The position numbers and the translations under genes were made by a program. From the human T2T-CHM13v2.0 reference genome, Homo sapiens, in the NCBI RefSeq assembly GCF_009914755.1, contig NC_060935.1: DNA of 64,000 nucleotides. The stretch is one strand, 5' to 3'. Shown piece by piece: positions 28,221 through 40,000 of the stretch; positions within the stretch are counted from its first letter, which is position 1; the number at the start of each line of letters is the position of its first letter. The notes below the pieces were generated by a model. It searched no databases. It saw only the letters and a program-made list of their open reading frames with translations, and was not told the origin of the DNA.

Positions 28221-29089
28221 AGTGGATGGACAAATTCCTAAAGTGCCTGGAAGGAATAGAAACAGCCCTCTTACCTTTTCATTTATATAACTTCTGCTTT
28301 GTTTAGGCAAGCATAAAACATGAGAATTAATAAGTTCATGTACCCCAATTAATGACTTTAGAAAATTGACATATTGTCTTTTCAAAACTTAACTCTAACT
28401 TTTAAAAAATATGCTAAAATGTAATTCCCAAAGCCAATCCAACTTTTAAAATGTAAAGACAAAATGAAATGGAAATGTCACTGGGAGAAGTAAAGCAGGC
28501 TCCAATTAATCAATTATTGAATAAATGGAAGGAAACAACATGCATTTTTAAAGTTAGTTTTAATAAAATACATTTGATTGTGTGCACTTTGGAGCCTTCA
28601 CCAGGCAGCGGGAAGCAACAGTTCCATCTGTGTGCAATTTCAGATGAATGCAATTTCTACCCCACCCGCTTTGGCTCCATGGCTAATGAGAAAATGGAAT
28701 GTGTTTGGTCTAAATAGCCTTGTTTGAATATAACACTATTGATTTCCTTATGACTCAGTCTCATTTTAGTGTCTTGAGAGACAAGAGGACTCATTGGATG
28801 AGACAAAAAGTTGAGGTCCTGACCATTTGTGGTCATTAAGCAACCCAGGGCACATTTTGCTAGAGAGCAGGATGGTGAGCTTTAACTTTGACCCAGTTCC
28901 AGTGGAAGTCAAAATAGTCTAGTCACCTAAATTCTCTATGTATGTTCAACAAGGTTTCTTCTCTACCTTCATGCCACAAGCTGCAAGTTTTGGCTATTTT
29001 TTCTATTAAATTGCTGCCAACTTTCACTCCATAAGTCCCTACTTTTGAGTAAACTTAAAAGTATGTTTACAAAATACAAAATCTTACAC

Positions 29090-29257
29090 CAGGCCTGGTG
29101 GTTTACCGCTGTAATCCCAGAATGTTGGAAGAGTAACATTAGGACAATCACCTGAGCCCAGGAGTTCAAGGCTGCAGTGATCTATGATCATGTCACTGCA
29201 CTCTAGCAGGGGCAACAGAGTGAGATCCTGTCTCTTAAAAAAAAAAAAGAAAAAAAT
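29090..29257 (+). mobile_element. Alu monomer (FRAM/FAM-like)
   Basis: Single monomer tgagcccaggagttcaaggctgcagtga...ctgtctc followed by an A tail. Confidence 0.88.
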
Positions 29258-29344
29258 AACTCATCTCATAGAACCATTGTTATTTTGTAGTGAATTAAGA
29301 GAGTTTTATTATTATATTTAATACTATATTATATATTTGATGAT

Positions 29345-29638
29345 TTTTTTTTTAATTTAGATACAAGGTCTTGTTCTGTCACCCAGGCTGGAGTACAATG
29401 GCATGATAACAGCTCACTGCAGCCTTGAACTCCTGGCCTCAAGCAATTCTCCCACCTCAGCCTTCCAAGTAGTTGGAAACACAGGCATGCACTACCATGC
29501 CTGGCTAGCTTTTTTATTTTTTGTAGAGACAGGGTCTCACTAAATTACCTAGGCTTGTCTTGAATTCCTAGGCTTGTCATGTAATCCTAGTCTTCCCAAA
29601 GTGCTGGGATCACAAAAATGAACAACCATGCCCAGCCC
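29345..29638 (-). mobile_element. AluJ-like SINE
   Basis: Antisense Alu with agctcactgcagccttgaactcctgg. Confidence 0.92.
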
Positions 29639-29714
29639 CAAAGATATTCTTTAGAAATACAGAAATACATGTCTATATATGATAGTCTATATTATTATTA
29701 AATTTGTAAACAGC

Positions 29715-30540
29715 AATTTCAGCAAACACACATTGTGTGCCTACTACTAAAATATGTTATATTAGGCAGTAGACATACAAACAACCAAAAATGGTAATTA
29801 TTTTCAATAAGCTAAAGGTCTTGTGGATGAGATAGAAAATTTAACAGATATTTGCAATATCAAATGGTAAAAGTTACAAAGTTATAATGAAGAAAACAAA
29901 GAAGATAGTTTCCTAACCCACAGGAGACAGCAGCAGGAAGAGTGGTCATATAAATTACCCATATGTTTTATATTTGGCAATATGTATAAAAGGGAGAATA
30001 TGAATACAAATTAAACAGTGGAAGAGGAGTAGAGAAGATGAACATAGCAGAAATCATATCAGTAAAATCAAGGAGGCTTGACTTGGAGTGGGATGTGCAA
30101 GGAATTCTCAGTGGGTTTAATCTGAGAACTAATGTGGAATGCAGAAGAGCAGCAAAAAGAGGTCAGGAAGAAGCAGGCCATGGAAGGCACTGATTTTATA
30201 CAGTTTTTCTTTGTGTATCTATTGATTACTTGCATTAGTGTCACCTTAGGGTCTTATTAAAATATAGATTCTTGAGCCACTCCCCTAGACCTACAGGATA
30301 AGAAAATCTGGGTATCAGGGCTATAGACTGTATCAGGCTCTTCAGGTGAAGCCTAGCCATTTCAGAGAGAAGTTTATGAGTAATGAGAACTATCAAAGAG
30401 TAGTTAAGAGGGGGGACTTCTCATGAACAGATGTTGGACTTGTAGTGTAGATAGATTACTCTGATGATTACAGAAAGATAGTTTTGAAAAAGGGAAAGAC
30501 TACCTAAAGTTATTTATAAGACTGGCAAGAAGTGAAAGAC
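29715..30540 (-). mobile_element. L2 fragment interrupted by a MER5-type element (~30200-30365)
   Basis: ttcagcaaacac..tgtgcctacta start of L2. MER5 motifs tcacc..ggtcttattaaaatatagattcttgagcc..cccctagacctac. Confidence 0.55.
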
Positions 30541-31704
30541 TAAAGCTGAAAGTAGAACATGCTTGTAGGGAGTTTACTCATTGTGGAATATAACCCCAAC
30601 TTTTGCAACGGAGAAACAACAACCCAAAACAGAGGCATGAAAACAACGTTAGTTTTTCTTACATTCTAATATATAATTTGCACCCAGTGCTACACCAGGA
30701 TTTTTAGAAAAAGCTAGGCATTGGAGAAATTTCATCATCCCTTTTCTTCCACTTTAACTCAAAACAACCATATGTAAAGTTAAAACAAAAATTGCACGTG
30801 TACCAAAATTTAAAATACTTTATGAATTTTGCAATTGTGTATTTCTGTATACATTTATCAATTCTGATTTTTAAAAATGTAATGTCCCTTTCTGGATATG
30901 CCAAAAGCACGTGCTTTATGTGCTTATTGGGTACAGAACTGTTTATACAATATTGCTGACATTAAAAAAAAATGCTTTCAAAAGATTTGATTACTTTTTT
31001 TTTCCATCTTGGGTATTTAAACCTGAGATATGAAGGCCATTCACAAGTACAATAGTAAATATGGAAAGAAGAAACCAAGAGAAAACAAATCTATAAGAAG
31101 ATATGCTTACTTGTTAAATGAGATCAAGCCAGGAAATTATGAGATTCTGGAGGCAAAGAGGCAGATATGAATAGATAGAAGCTTGAAAGCTGAGAACCTG
31201 TGGTTTATATGTGACGTGTTGTAAAACCAAGGCAGACACATAGGAAGAGGAATGACTGCTCTCAGGAGATTTTGAAAAACCTGACTTAAGTGAGCCAGAA
31301 TTGGAGGGAGGATATAAAAAATAAAGTTAATGCAAAGGAGTGACCACAGCTCTATATAATTATATGATGAATCATAAGATATCACTAACTACAAACCAAA
31401 GGCTTGGAATATGCTCATAATATTTACTAAATATTGAATACTGTGTGCCAAGCATGAAGCTGAATAGATTATAATCATTATTTTTATCAAATTCCCACAG
31501 CAACTCTGATATTCAGTAATCTAATCTTGATCACAAACCAAGGAAGCAGCAAAGCCTTTATTTAAGCCCTGGCTCATCTTCTCCAAGGTTCATGCTTTTA
31601 GTCATTATTCTCTGTTGCCTCTCCAGTGGTAATAGCTCCCAACAGAAGTGAATTTGAATCTTCCAGGAAAGTAGAATAAAGGGCAAAAATAAGGGGCATA
31701 AAAG

Positions 31705-31900
31705 AAAACTGTTTAGCATTTAACTTAGATTATCTCATTTAATTCTCACAAGAATATTAAGAGTTAGACTGTATGCACATTTTAAAAATGTGGAAACTGA
31801 TGCAAAAGCAGTAAATATTATTTGCCAAAACAACCCTACATAGACACTAAGTGGCAGAGCCAGGTTGCAAGGTCAGCCAGTCTGACTCCCCTGCTCATAT
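31705..31900 (-). mobile_element. MIR
   Basis: attatctcatttaattctcacaa...ggaaactga...taagtggcagagccagg...gtctgactcc. Confidence 0.75.
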
Positions 31901-32108
31901 CCATTCAGTCTTCATAGTGCAACATAATTTAAATAGTAAAATCATCAATTCCCAGTGAAATGCTAGGTTTAATGAAAAGTGACAAGGTTGGGGGAAATGA
32001 GAGACCTCCCACACCTGTACAGACGGAGGTACATATGTGAGGGCTGAGAGGTAATCACATTACCATATTCCCTCTCCATCCATTCACTTAAAAAATGGAT
32101 TCAGTCTA

Positions 32109-32300
32109 CGTATTAGTTTGCTACGGCTGTATTATAGACTGAAAGTTTGTGTCCCCCTACCAAAAAATCACGTTTGAATTTAATCTCCCAATTTCTATTG
32201 TGCTTCTTAAAATTCTTTCAGACTTTACCCATTATCCAATTCCAAACCACTTCCATGTTTTTAGGCATTTGTTATAGTAGTACACTTCTTAGTACCAAAA
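32109..32300. mobile_element. Scrambled MaLR (MST/MLT1A-type) LTR and internal fragments
   Basis: Three short pieces in mixed orientation (see findings). Confidence 0.55.
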
Positions 32301-32652
32301 TATTTATTGCAAAAAATTGGCTTATGTGACTGTGGCAGCTGGCTAGGCAAGTTCAAAATCTGTAGGGCAGGCTATGAGAAAAGACAGGCTAGAACTCAAG
32401 CAAAAGCTGAAACTGCAGTCCACAGGCAGAATTTGTTTCCTTCTGGGATGTGTTCATTTTGCTTTTAAGGCTTGTCAGATGTTTTAATGAAGTTCACCTA
32501 GATTATCTAAAATAATCTTTTTTACTTTAAGTAAACTATAGACTTTAATCACATCTATATAAAATATGTTCACAGTAACATCTAGATTAATGTTCAGTTG
32601 AATAACTGAGAACTACAGGTTAGCCACAATGACATATAACACTAACCATTAC
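32301..32652 (-). mobile_element. ERVL LTR (MLT2D-like), 3' end missing
   Basis: aattggcttatgtgactgtgg...ttaatcacatcta...tgacatataacactaaccattaca. Confidence 0.75.
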
Positions 32653-32689
32653 ATTGTTTTTTAGTTTTTGGATTTTTTTATTCATATGC

Positions 32690-34460
32690 CCCAGTCTTGG
32701 TGCTACAGAAGCTGGCAACCTGGAATAGCCAATGGGCATGATAGCAACCATAACAACAAACAACAAATCTCCCCAAAACTTCTGCTTTATCTAGGACCAG
32801 AAAGTGGAACTCCAGCAAGGCAGGAACTTATGGACATAACTGTCTTACCTTATCCCAGTTAAGCAAGGCAGAAAAAAATCATAGGATCAACCTCAACCCT
32901 ATCAGCAAAGGCAGATGAAGACATTGTGTTACTGGAAAACCAGGGGTTTGGTCTAGGTCCTGCTGCTCGCTTGATAGAAAGCCAATCCCTAAGACAAGGA
33001 GTATTGCCAAGGAAGAAGGCTTTAATCAGGTGCTGCAGCTGAGTAGACGGGAAATCAGTCTCAAATCCATCTGCCTAACTGACTATAACGAAAGAGCTAA
33101 CATTCATGTTCTTGGTGTCCTAGAAGGGGACGGATCTGGGCTAGGCATCCTAGAAAAGAATGGGGCTGAGAATACATTCAAAGAAATAATAGCAATAATT
33201 TCCCAAATTTGAAAAAAGCCACTAGGTGCAAGGGTCTGAGTAAGCCCTAAACAGGATAAACCCCAAACTACCCTCACAAAGACACATCACAATCAAACTT
33301 CTGAAAACTAAAGAAAGACAAAGAAAAATCTTGAAGGCAGTGAAAGAGAAATGATACCTTATCCTAATTAAAATTTCTCATCTGAAGCTATGCAACCCAA
33401 AAGGAGGTAGCATGACATTTTTCAAATTCTGGAAAAGCAGCAACTGTCAAGTCTGAATTCTATATCCAGCAAAATGAAAAAGAAATAAAGACATACCCAG
33501 ATGAAGGAAAAACTAAGAGAATTTTTATGACCAGACCTACCTTGAAAAACTGTCTAAAGGAAGTTCTTTAAATAGGAGGAAAAGGTAAAATAAGAAATCT
33601 TGGGACATCTGGTGGAAAGAAAGAAAAATTTAAAGAGCAAAAGATTTTCTTTCTTTTTTTGAATTTTAAAAATTATGTTTGATGGTTGAAGCAAAAAGGA
33701 TAATATTTTCTGATGTGGTTCTAAACACGGGTAGAGAAAATATTTAGGACAGTTATAGACTATATAGAATTAAGAGACAAGGTGACATAAGATTTTTATA
33801 CTAAACTCAAACATAAAATGTGGGCATGAGCAGAATCTAGTAAGTTATGTATATATAACTTAATGTCTATAAAAACCCCTAAAATTTTATACAAGATGTA
33901 CAAAAACACTATACAAAGTAAAATATTATTCTAAAAAATATTCAAGTAACACAGAGTAAAAAAGCAAAAAGAAAATGGAGAAACACGAAACAAAAAGGGA
34001 AAAAATAAAATGCCAGACTTAAGTCCTAATATAATTCTATCGAAGGTAAACAGGCTACATTCACTAATTAAAAGAGATAGGCAAAATGGCTTTAAAAACA
34101 TGATCCAACTATATGCTAGGGCACTATGCTGACTAAAAATGCCAATCAAAAATGTTATATACTGTATGATTCCATTTATATAACATTCTCAAAATGACAA
34201 AATTATACATAGAACAAATTAGTGGTTGCTCATGCTTCAGGGTGGGTGTGCCTAATTCCCTAGTTCTAGCAGAAGGGAAATCTTCCTGATGATGGAACAG
34301 TTCTGATCTTGATTCTGCTGGTGGTTACATAATATGATAATAAGGCACAAGACAATACATACATTGTATTGTTGTTTCTGGTTTTGATGTTGTGCTATAG
34401 TTATATAAGTTATGGCCTCTGGGGGAAACTGGGTGAAGAGTTCATGAGATTTTTTTCACT
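32690..34460 (+). mobile_element. Old L1M (L1MD/MC-like) remnants: 5' piece, ORF1/ORF2 start, 3' UTR
   Basis: ORF 33030-33212 ends in L1 ORF1p-like NERANIHVLGVLEG..ENTFKEIIA. 3' UTR motif atactgtatgattccatttatataacattct. Confidence 0.7.
32928..33085 (-). mobile_element. ERV1 LTR fragment (MER4-like)
   Basis: tgttactggaaaaccaggggtttggtctaggtcctgctgctc...gtattgccaaggaagaaggctttaatc. Confidence 0.7.
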
Positions 34461-34975
34461 GGAGTAAAAGTATTTCAGAGCTAGAAGAAATTTAACACAT
34501 TTCTCAAAAAAATATGAAGACAGACATAATAGTCTCCATTCTTATGTGTCATTTTAAGTGTAATTCTGTTCTTGAATAAGATCTTGACCTCTAATTGGCA
34601 ACTTCTCCCACTTTCCTGCCTGCTACCCTAACGTATCAACTCTATGGTATATTAATCATATTATCATATTTTGCTCTTGTGAAATTTCCTGTAGAACAAA
34701 AATGACTTTGTAAAATCATATGGCTCAATTCTCTGTCTCCCTGCATATGTGTGAAATATGTAAATCAGTTATCTCAGATGACCACCACCTCCTTAGATGA
34801 TGTACATTCTTTCTTCTATAGTTTCCAAATATTTAAGAACTTTAGTCTCATAATTTTTTTCTATGGATTTATTTTCTGTGTGACAGTGTTAAAATGGAAC
34901 TATTTATGTGTTACCAATACAATGGATATAAGATACTGTAATAAGCGTAAAACAAAGCTTTCCTGTATGCAGATG

Positions 34976-35050
34976 TTTCCAAAAGAAATATTGGAGAATA
35001 TTTTTTCATCTTCTTTCCAAAAGAAATATTGGAGAAATAATTTATTTCAT
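34976..35050 (+). repeat. Two-copy ~38-bp tandem duplication
   Basis: tttccaaaagaaatattggagaa is identical at 34976-34998 and 35014-35036. Confidence 0.9.
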
Positions 35051-35081
35051 ATTAATGAATCTTACACTATTCAGGTCTTTA

Positions 35082-35490
35082 GATAGACAAAAGATAAAGA
35101 AAATGAGGTACATGTACACCATGAAGTACTACACAGCCATAAAAAATAATGAGGTCATGTCCTTTGCAGGGACATGGATGGAGCCTGCTCCATCCTTAGC
35201 AAAATAACACAGGAGCAGAAAACCAAATACAACATGTTCTCACTTACAAGTGGGAGTTAAATGATAAGAACACATGGACACATAGAGGGGAACAACATAC
35301 ACTGGGGCCCCTTGGAGGGTGGAGGGTGGGAGTAAGGAGAGGATCAGGAAAAATAATGAATGGGTACTAGGCTTAATACCTGGATGATGAAATAATCTTT
35401 ACAACAAATCCAATGACAAATATTTACCTATTTAGCAAACCTGCACATGGGCCCCTGAACTTAGAATAAGAGTTTAAAAAAAGGCAAAAT
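35082..35490 (+). mobile_element. L1 3' end (older L1PA type)
   Basis: Same 3' UTR type as the copies at 251-1472 and 10427-10830. Confidence 0.93.
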
Positions 35491-37034
35491 AAAGATTTAT
35501 TAGACACGCAGATGCATACACACACAAAAAGAGAGATTTTTAAAATGTATGAAGACATTTCCTTGGAGATAGGTTGATGCTGTGGGTTCATGAATTCCCC
35601 GTTTGGGATTGGGATTTTGGAGGTGATACCTCCTTCACCTTAATTCTAGAGAAAGTGAGCATTAGTAGGATCTGTTGGAAAATTATGCACTTCCCTATGG
35701 ATAGAAGAGATTCAGGACTGTAGCCTCACTCTCAATGCAGAATCTACAGGGAGAAAGATAAGCTAACTAGCTGATTTGTCAGCTAAGCCAGGTGAGGGTT
35801 TTGTTTTGTCTTGTTCCAATTTTTGATAGAATGTTTGTTCTCCTAAAAGGAGAAGGATACATGAGTACATTCTGTGAACACAAAAAAGAAAGAAAGCCAG
35901 AGTGGGCAATCTTTGCCCCTTACAATGTGCCTTTTGAGAGGCATAGAAGACCCAGTAGAAGGAAGCTGATGGTGACGAGCTACGGACATATCTGAGGCCC
36001 TTGGACATGCCCAGAAGAGAAAATGTCAGTTTTAAGTATTTCCCATGCTCAGAGAGTACAAAGCCACTATACACAGTAAGCTGAACATATTTTAAAGGAA
36101 TGATGTGGGATCAAAATCAAGATGTGTTTTTATTATATCACAGGTAGTATTACCAAAGATTAAATAGACAGATTTTTCAAATACATATTGTTTGTAGTCC
36201 AAATAATCTTACTCTTACAATTATTTTTTAAAACCTCTGACCTTTTTTCCAGCTTCTCCAAACACTTCTATAGTGACCATTAATTAACCAGTGCAGTGGC
36301 TTAGAAGAGAATAATTTTTCAGCTAATTAATACTATCACTTCCTTTACACAAGTCTTTTGAGTTTGAAGGAGAGAATCATTTCCTGTACAATGACTACAG
36401 TGTGGTCAAGAAGAACGAAAAAAGAGAAGAGATTTAGCCTTCGGATTGTGGTTTTTAAAAAAAGTAAAATGCCATTTCTGTGTCAGCTGAGTGAGCAAAA
36501 TAAAAGCCAAATTGAATGTGTTGAGGAGTATCAGACAATAAAGTGGAAAGGCAGGTATATGAAGCAAGCTTGAAGAACTAGGAATACACCTAAATATGCT
36601 TATACATCATATTTCTCTACAAAATTTACAACCATAATATCTCAATTAGGATGAATTTCTACAGCAAAATAATTTATATAAATGTCAAAATATTTTTGCT
36701 TCACATAAAATATTTTTAGATTGCTAAAAATCATTTAAAGTTTTTTTTTACTTAGAAAAAAATAAGATTTGTTTCAGAAGATAAGATTAAAAATACGAAG
36801 AGAGAGATTCTAAAAATTTCTTAAAGAGCATTTTCCCTGATAGTAACATATGCTTACTATTAAAATGAGAGAGCAGAAAAAAATGTGTATTTCAACTATT
36901 GAACAATGTCGCATTTTAACTTATTTTTAATGTTTTATAGTTGCTTTCCTTTACGTTAAACGTGTTAATTTTTATTTTAAAATATTTTTAAACTTGACAA
37001 GAGAATACAGATAATTTCCTAGTTCATCACTCCT

Positions 37035-40000
37035 TATGGGGTACGTGGGATATTTTGACACAGGCATGCAATGTGTTATAAACACATCATGGAAAATGGA
37101 GTATCCATCCCCTCTAGCATTTATCTTTTGTGTTACAATTATAACCTTTTAGTTACTTTAAAACATACAATTACATTCTTATTCACTACAGTCAACCTGT
37201 TGTGCTAGCAAATACTAAGCCTTTTTCATTCTGTATTTTTTTACACCCAGTAACCATCCCCGCTTCTCCACCTAGTCCCCCACTACCCTTACCAGCTTCC
37301 TGTAACCATCCTTCTACTCTCTATCTCCATGGATTCAATTGTTTTGAGTTTTAGATCCCACAAGTAAGTGAGAACATACAATGTTTGTATTTCTGTGGCT
37401 GGCTTATTTCACCTAATATAATGACCTCCAGTTCCGTCCATTTGCAACACCATGCAAATCTTGCTTTCAAATCTTGCCTATTGTGAACAGTGTTGAGACA
37501 AACATGGGAGGGCAGATGTATCTTCTATGCTGATTTCCTTTCTTGGGGGTACATACCCAGCAGGGGAATTGCTGGATTATTAGGTAGTTCTATTTTTAGT
37601 TTTATGAGGAACCTCCAAACTCTTCTCCATACTGGTTGTACTAATTTACCTTCCTACCAATAGTGTACAATGGTTCCCTATTCACCACATCCTTGCCAGC
37701 ATTTGTTGCCTGTCTGTTGGATAAAAACCATTTAACTGGGGTGAGTTGATATCTCACTGTAGTTTTTATCTGTATTTCTCTGATGATCAGTGATGTTGAG
37801 CACCTTTTCATATGCCTGTTTACCATCTGTATGTCTCCTTTAGAGAAATGTCTATTCAAACCTTTTGCCAATTTTTTAATCAGATTATTAGGTATTTTAT
37901 CTGCAGAGTAGTTTGAACTTCTTATATATTCTGATTATTAATGCCTTCTCAGATGGGTAGTTTGAAAATATTTTTCCCATTCTGTAGGTTGTGGGTTGTC
38001 TCTTCATTGTGTTGACTGTTTCCTTTGCTGTGCAAAAGCTTTTTAACTTGATGTGATTCCACTTGTTCATTTTTGCTTTGCTTGCCTGTGCTTGTGGGGT
38101 GTTACTCAAAAAATGTTTGCCCAGAACAATGTCCTAGAGAGTTTCCCCAGTGTTTTCTTGTAGTAGTTTCATAGTTTGTGATCCTAAATTCAAGACTTTA
38201 TTACATTTTTATTTGATTTTTGTATATGGTGAGAGACAGGAGTTTAGTGTCATTCTTCTGCACATGGATATCCAGTTTTCTCAGCACCATTTATTAGATA
38301 CACTGTCTTTTCCCCAAAGTATGTTCTCAGCAGTTTTGTTGAAAATGAGTTATCTGTCAGTATGGGGATTTGTTTCTGGGTTCTCACTCTATTCCATTGT
38401 TCTATGTGTCTGTTTTTATGCCAGTACCACATTGTTTTGATTAGTATAGTTCTGTAGTATAATTTGAAGTCAGGTAATTTGATTCCTCCAGTTTTGTTCT
38501 TTTGGCTTAGGATAGCTTTGGCTCTTTGGGGTATTTTATGGTTCCATATAAATTTTAGAATTTTTTTCCTATATCTGTGCAGAATGTCATTGGTATTTTG
38601 ATAGACATTACATTTAATCTATAGAATGCTTTCCATAGCATGGACATTTTAACAATATTGATTCTTCCAATCCATGAACATTGAATATATTTCCTTTTTT
38701 TGTTTTCTCTTTAATTTCTTTCATTAGTGTTTTATGTGTTTCATTGTAGAGATCTTTTACTTCTTTGGTTAATTCCTAGGTATTTAATTTTATGTTTGGC
38801 TATGGTAAATATAATTACTTTCTTGATTTCTGTTTCAGATTGTTCACTATTTGCATATAGAAATGTAACTAATTTTTGCATACTTTTTGTTCTGCAACTT
38901 TGCTAAATTTGTTTATTAATTCTCTTAGATTTTTGGTAGAGTCTTTAGGTTTTCCCAAATATAAGATCATATCATATGCAAACTAGGATAATTTAATTTC
39001 TTTCTTTCTAATTTGGATGCCCTTTATTTCTTCTCTTGCCTTACAGCGCTATGTTGAGTAACAGTGGCAAAAGTGGGCAGTCTTGTCTTGTTCCAGATCT
39101 TAGAGAAAAGGCTTTCAGTTTTTCTCCGTTCGGTATGATACTAGCTGTGGATCTGTTGTATACGGCTTTTATTATGTTGGGGTACATTCCATCTATACCC
39201 AGGTTTTTTAGGGTTTTTTCATTAAGGGATGTTGAATTTTATCAAATGGTTTTCACCATCAATTTAAATGATTATATGGTTTTTGTACTTCATTCTTTTG
39301 ATACAATATATCACATTGCTTAATTTGCATTTGTTGAACCAACCTTCTGTCTCAGGGATAAATCCTACTCAGTCATGATGAATGATCATGTTAGCATACT
39401 GTTGAATTTGGTTTGCTAGTATTTTGTTGAGAATTTCTGCATCAATATTTATCAGAGATATTGGCCTATAGTTGTTGTTTTTTAATGTGTGTCTGTCTGG
39501 TTTTGCTATCAGGGTAATACTGGCCTCATAGAATAAGTTTACAAGTATTTTTTCTTCCTTTATTTTTTGGAATAGCTTCAGTAGGATTGTTATTAGTTCT
39601 TCTTCAAATGCTTGATAGGATTAGCTGTGAAACCATAGGGTCCTGGGCTTTTCTTTACTGGAAGACTTTTTATTATGGCTTCAATATCATTACTTGTTAT
39701 TGGTCTGTTCAGGTTTTGGATTTCTTCATATTTCAGTCTTGGTAGGTTGTATCTGTCTAGGAATGTATCCATTTCTTCTAGATTTTCTAATTTGTTGGTA
39801 TAAAATTGCTTCTAGTAGCCACTAATTATTAGTATCAAAAATTTTGTATTATCTTCTCTCAGTTTATTTATTTGGGTCTTTTCCCTTTTTTTCTTCATTA
39901 GTCTGGCTAAAGGTTTGTTGATTTTATCTTTTCAAAAAAACAACTTTTTATTTCCTTGATCTTTTGTATTGTTTTCTTCATTTCAAATTCATTTATTTTG

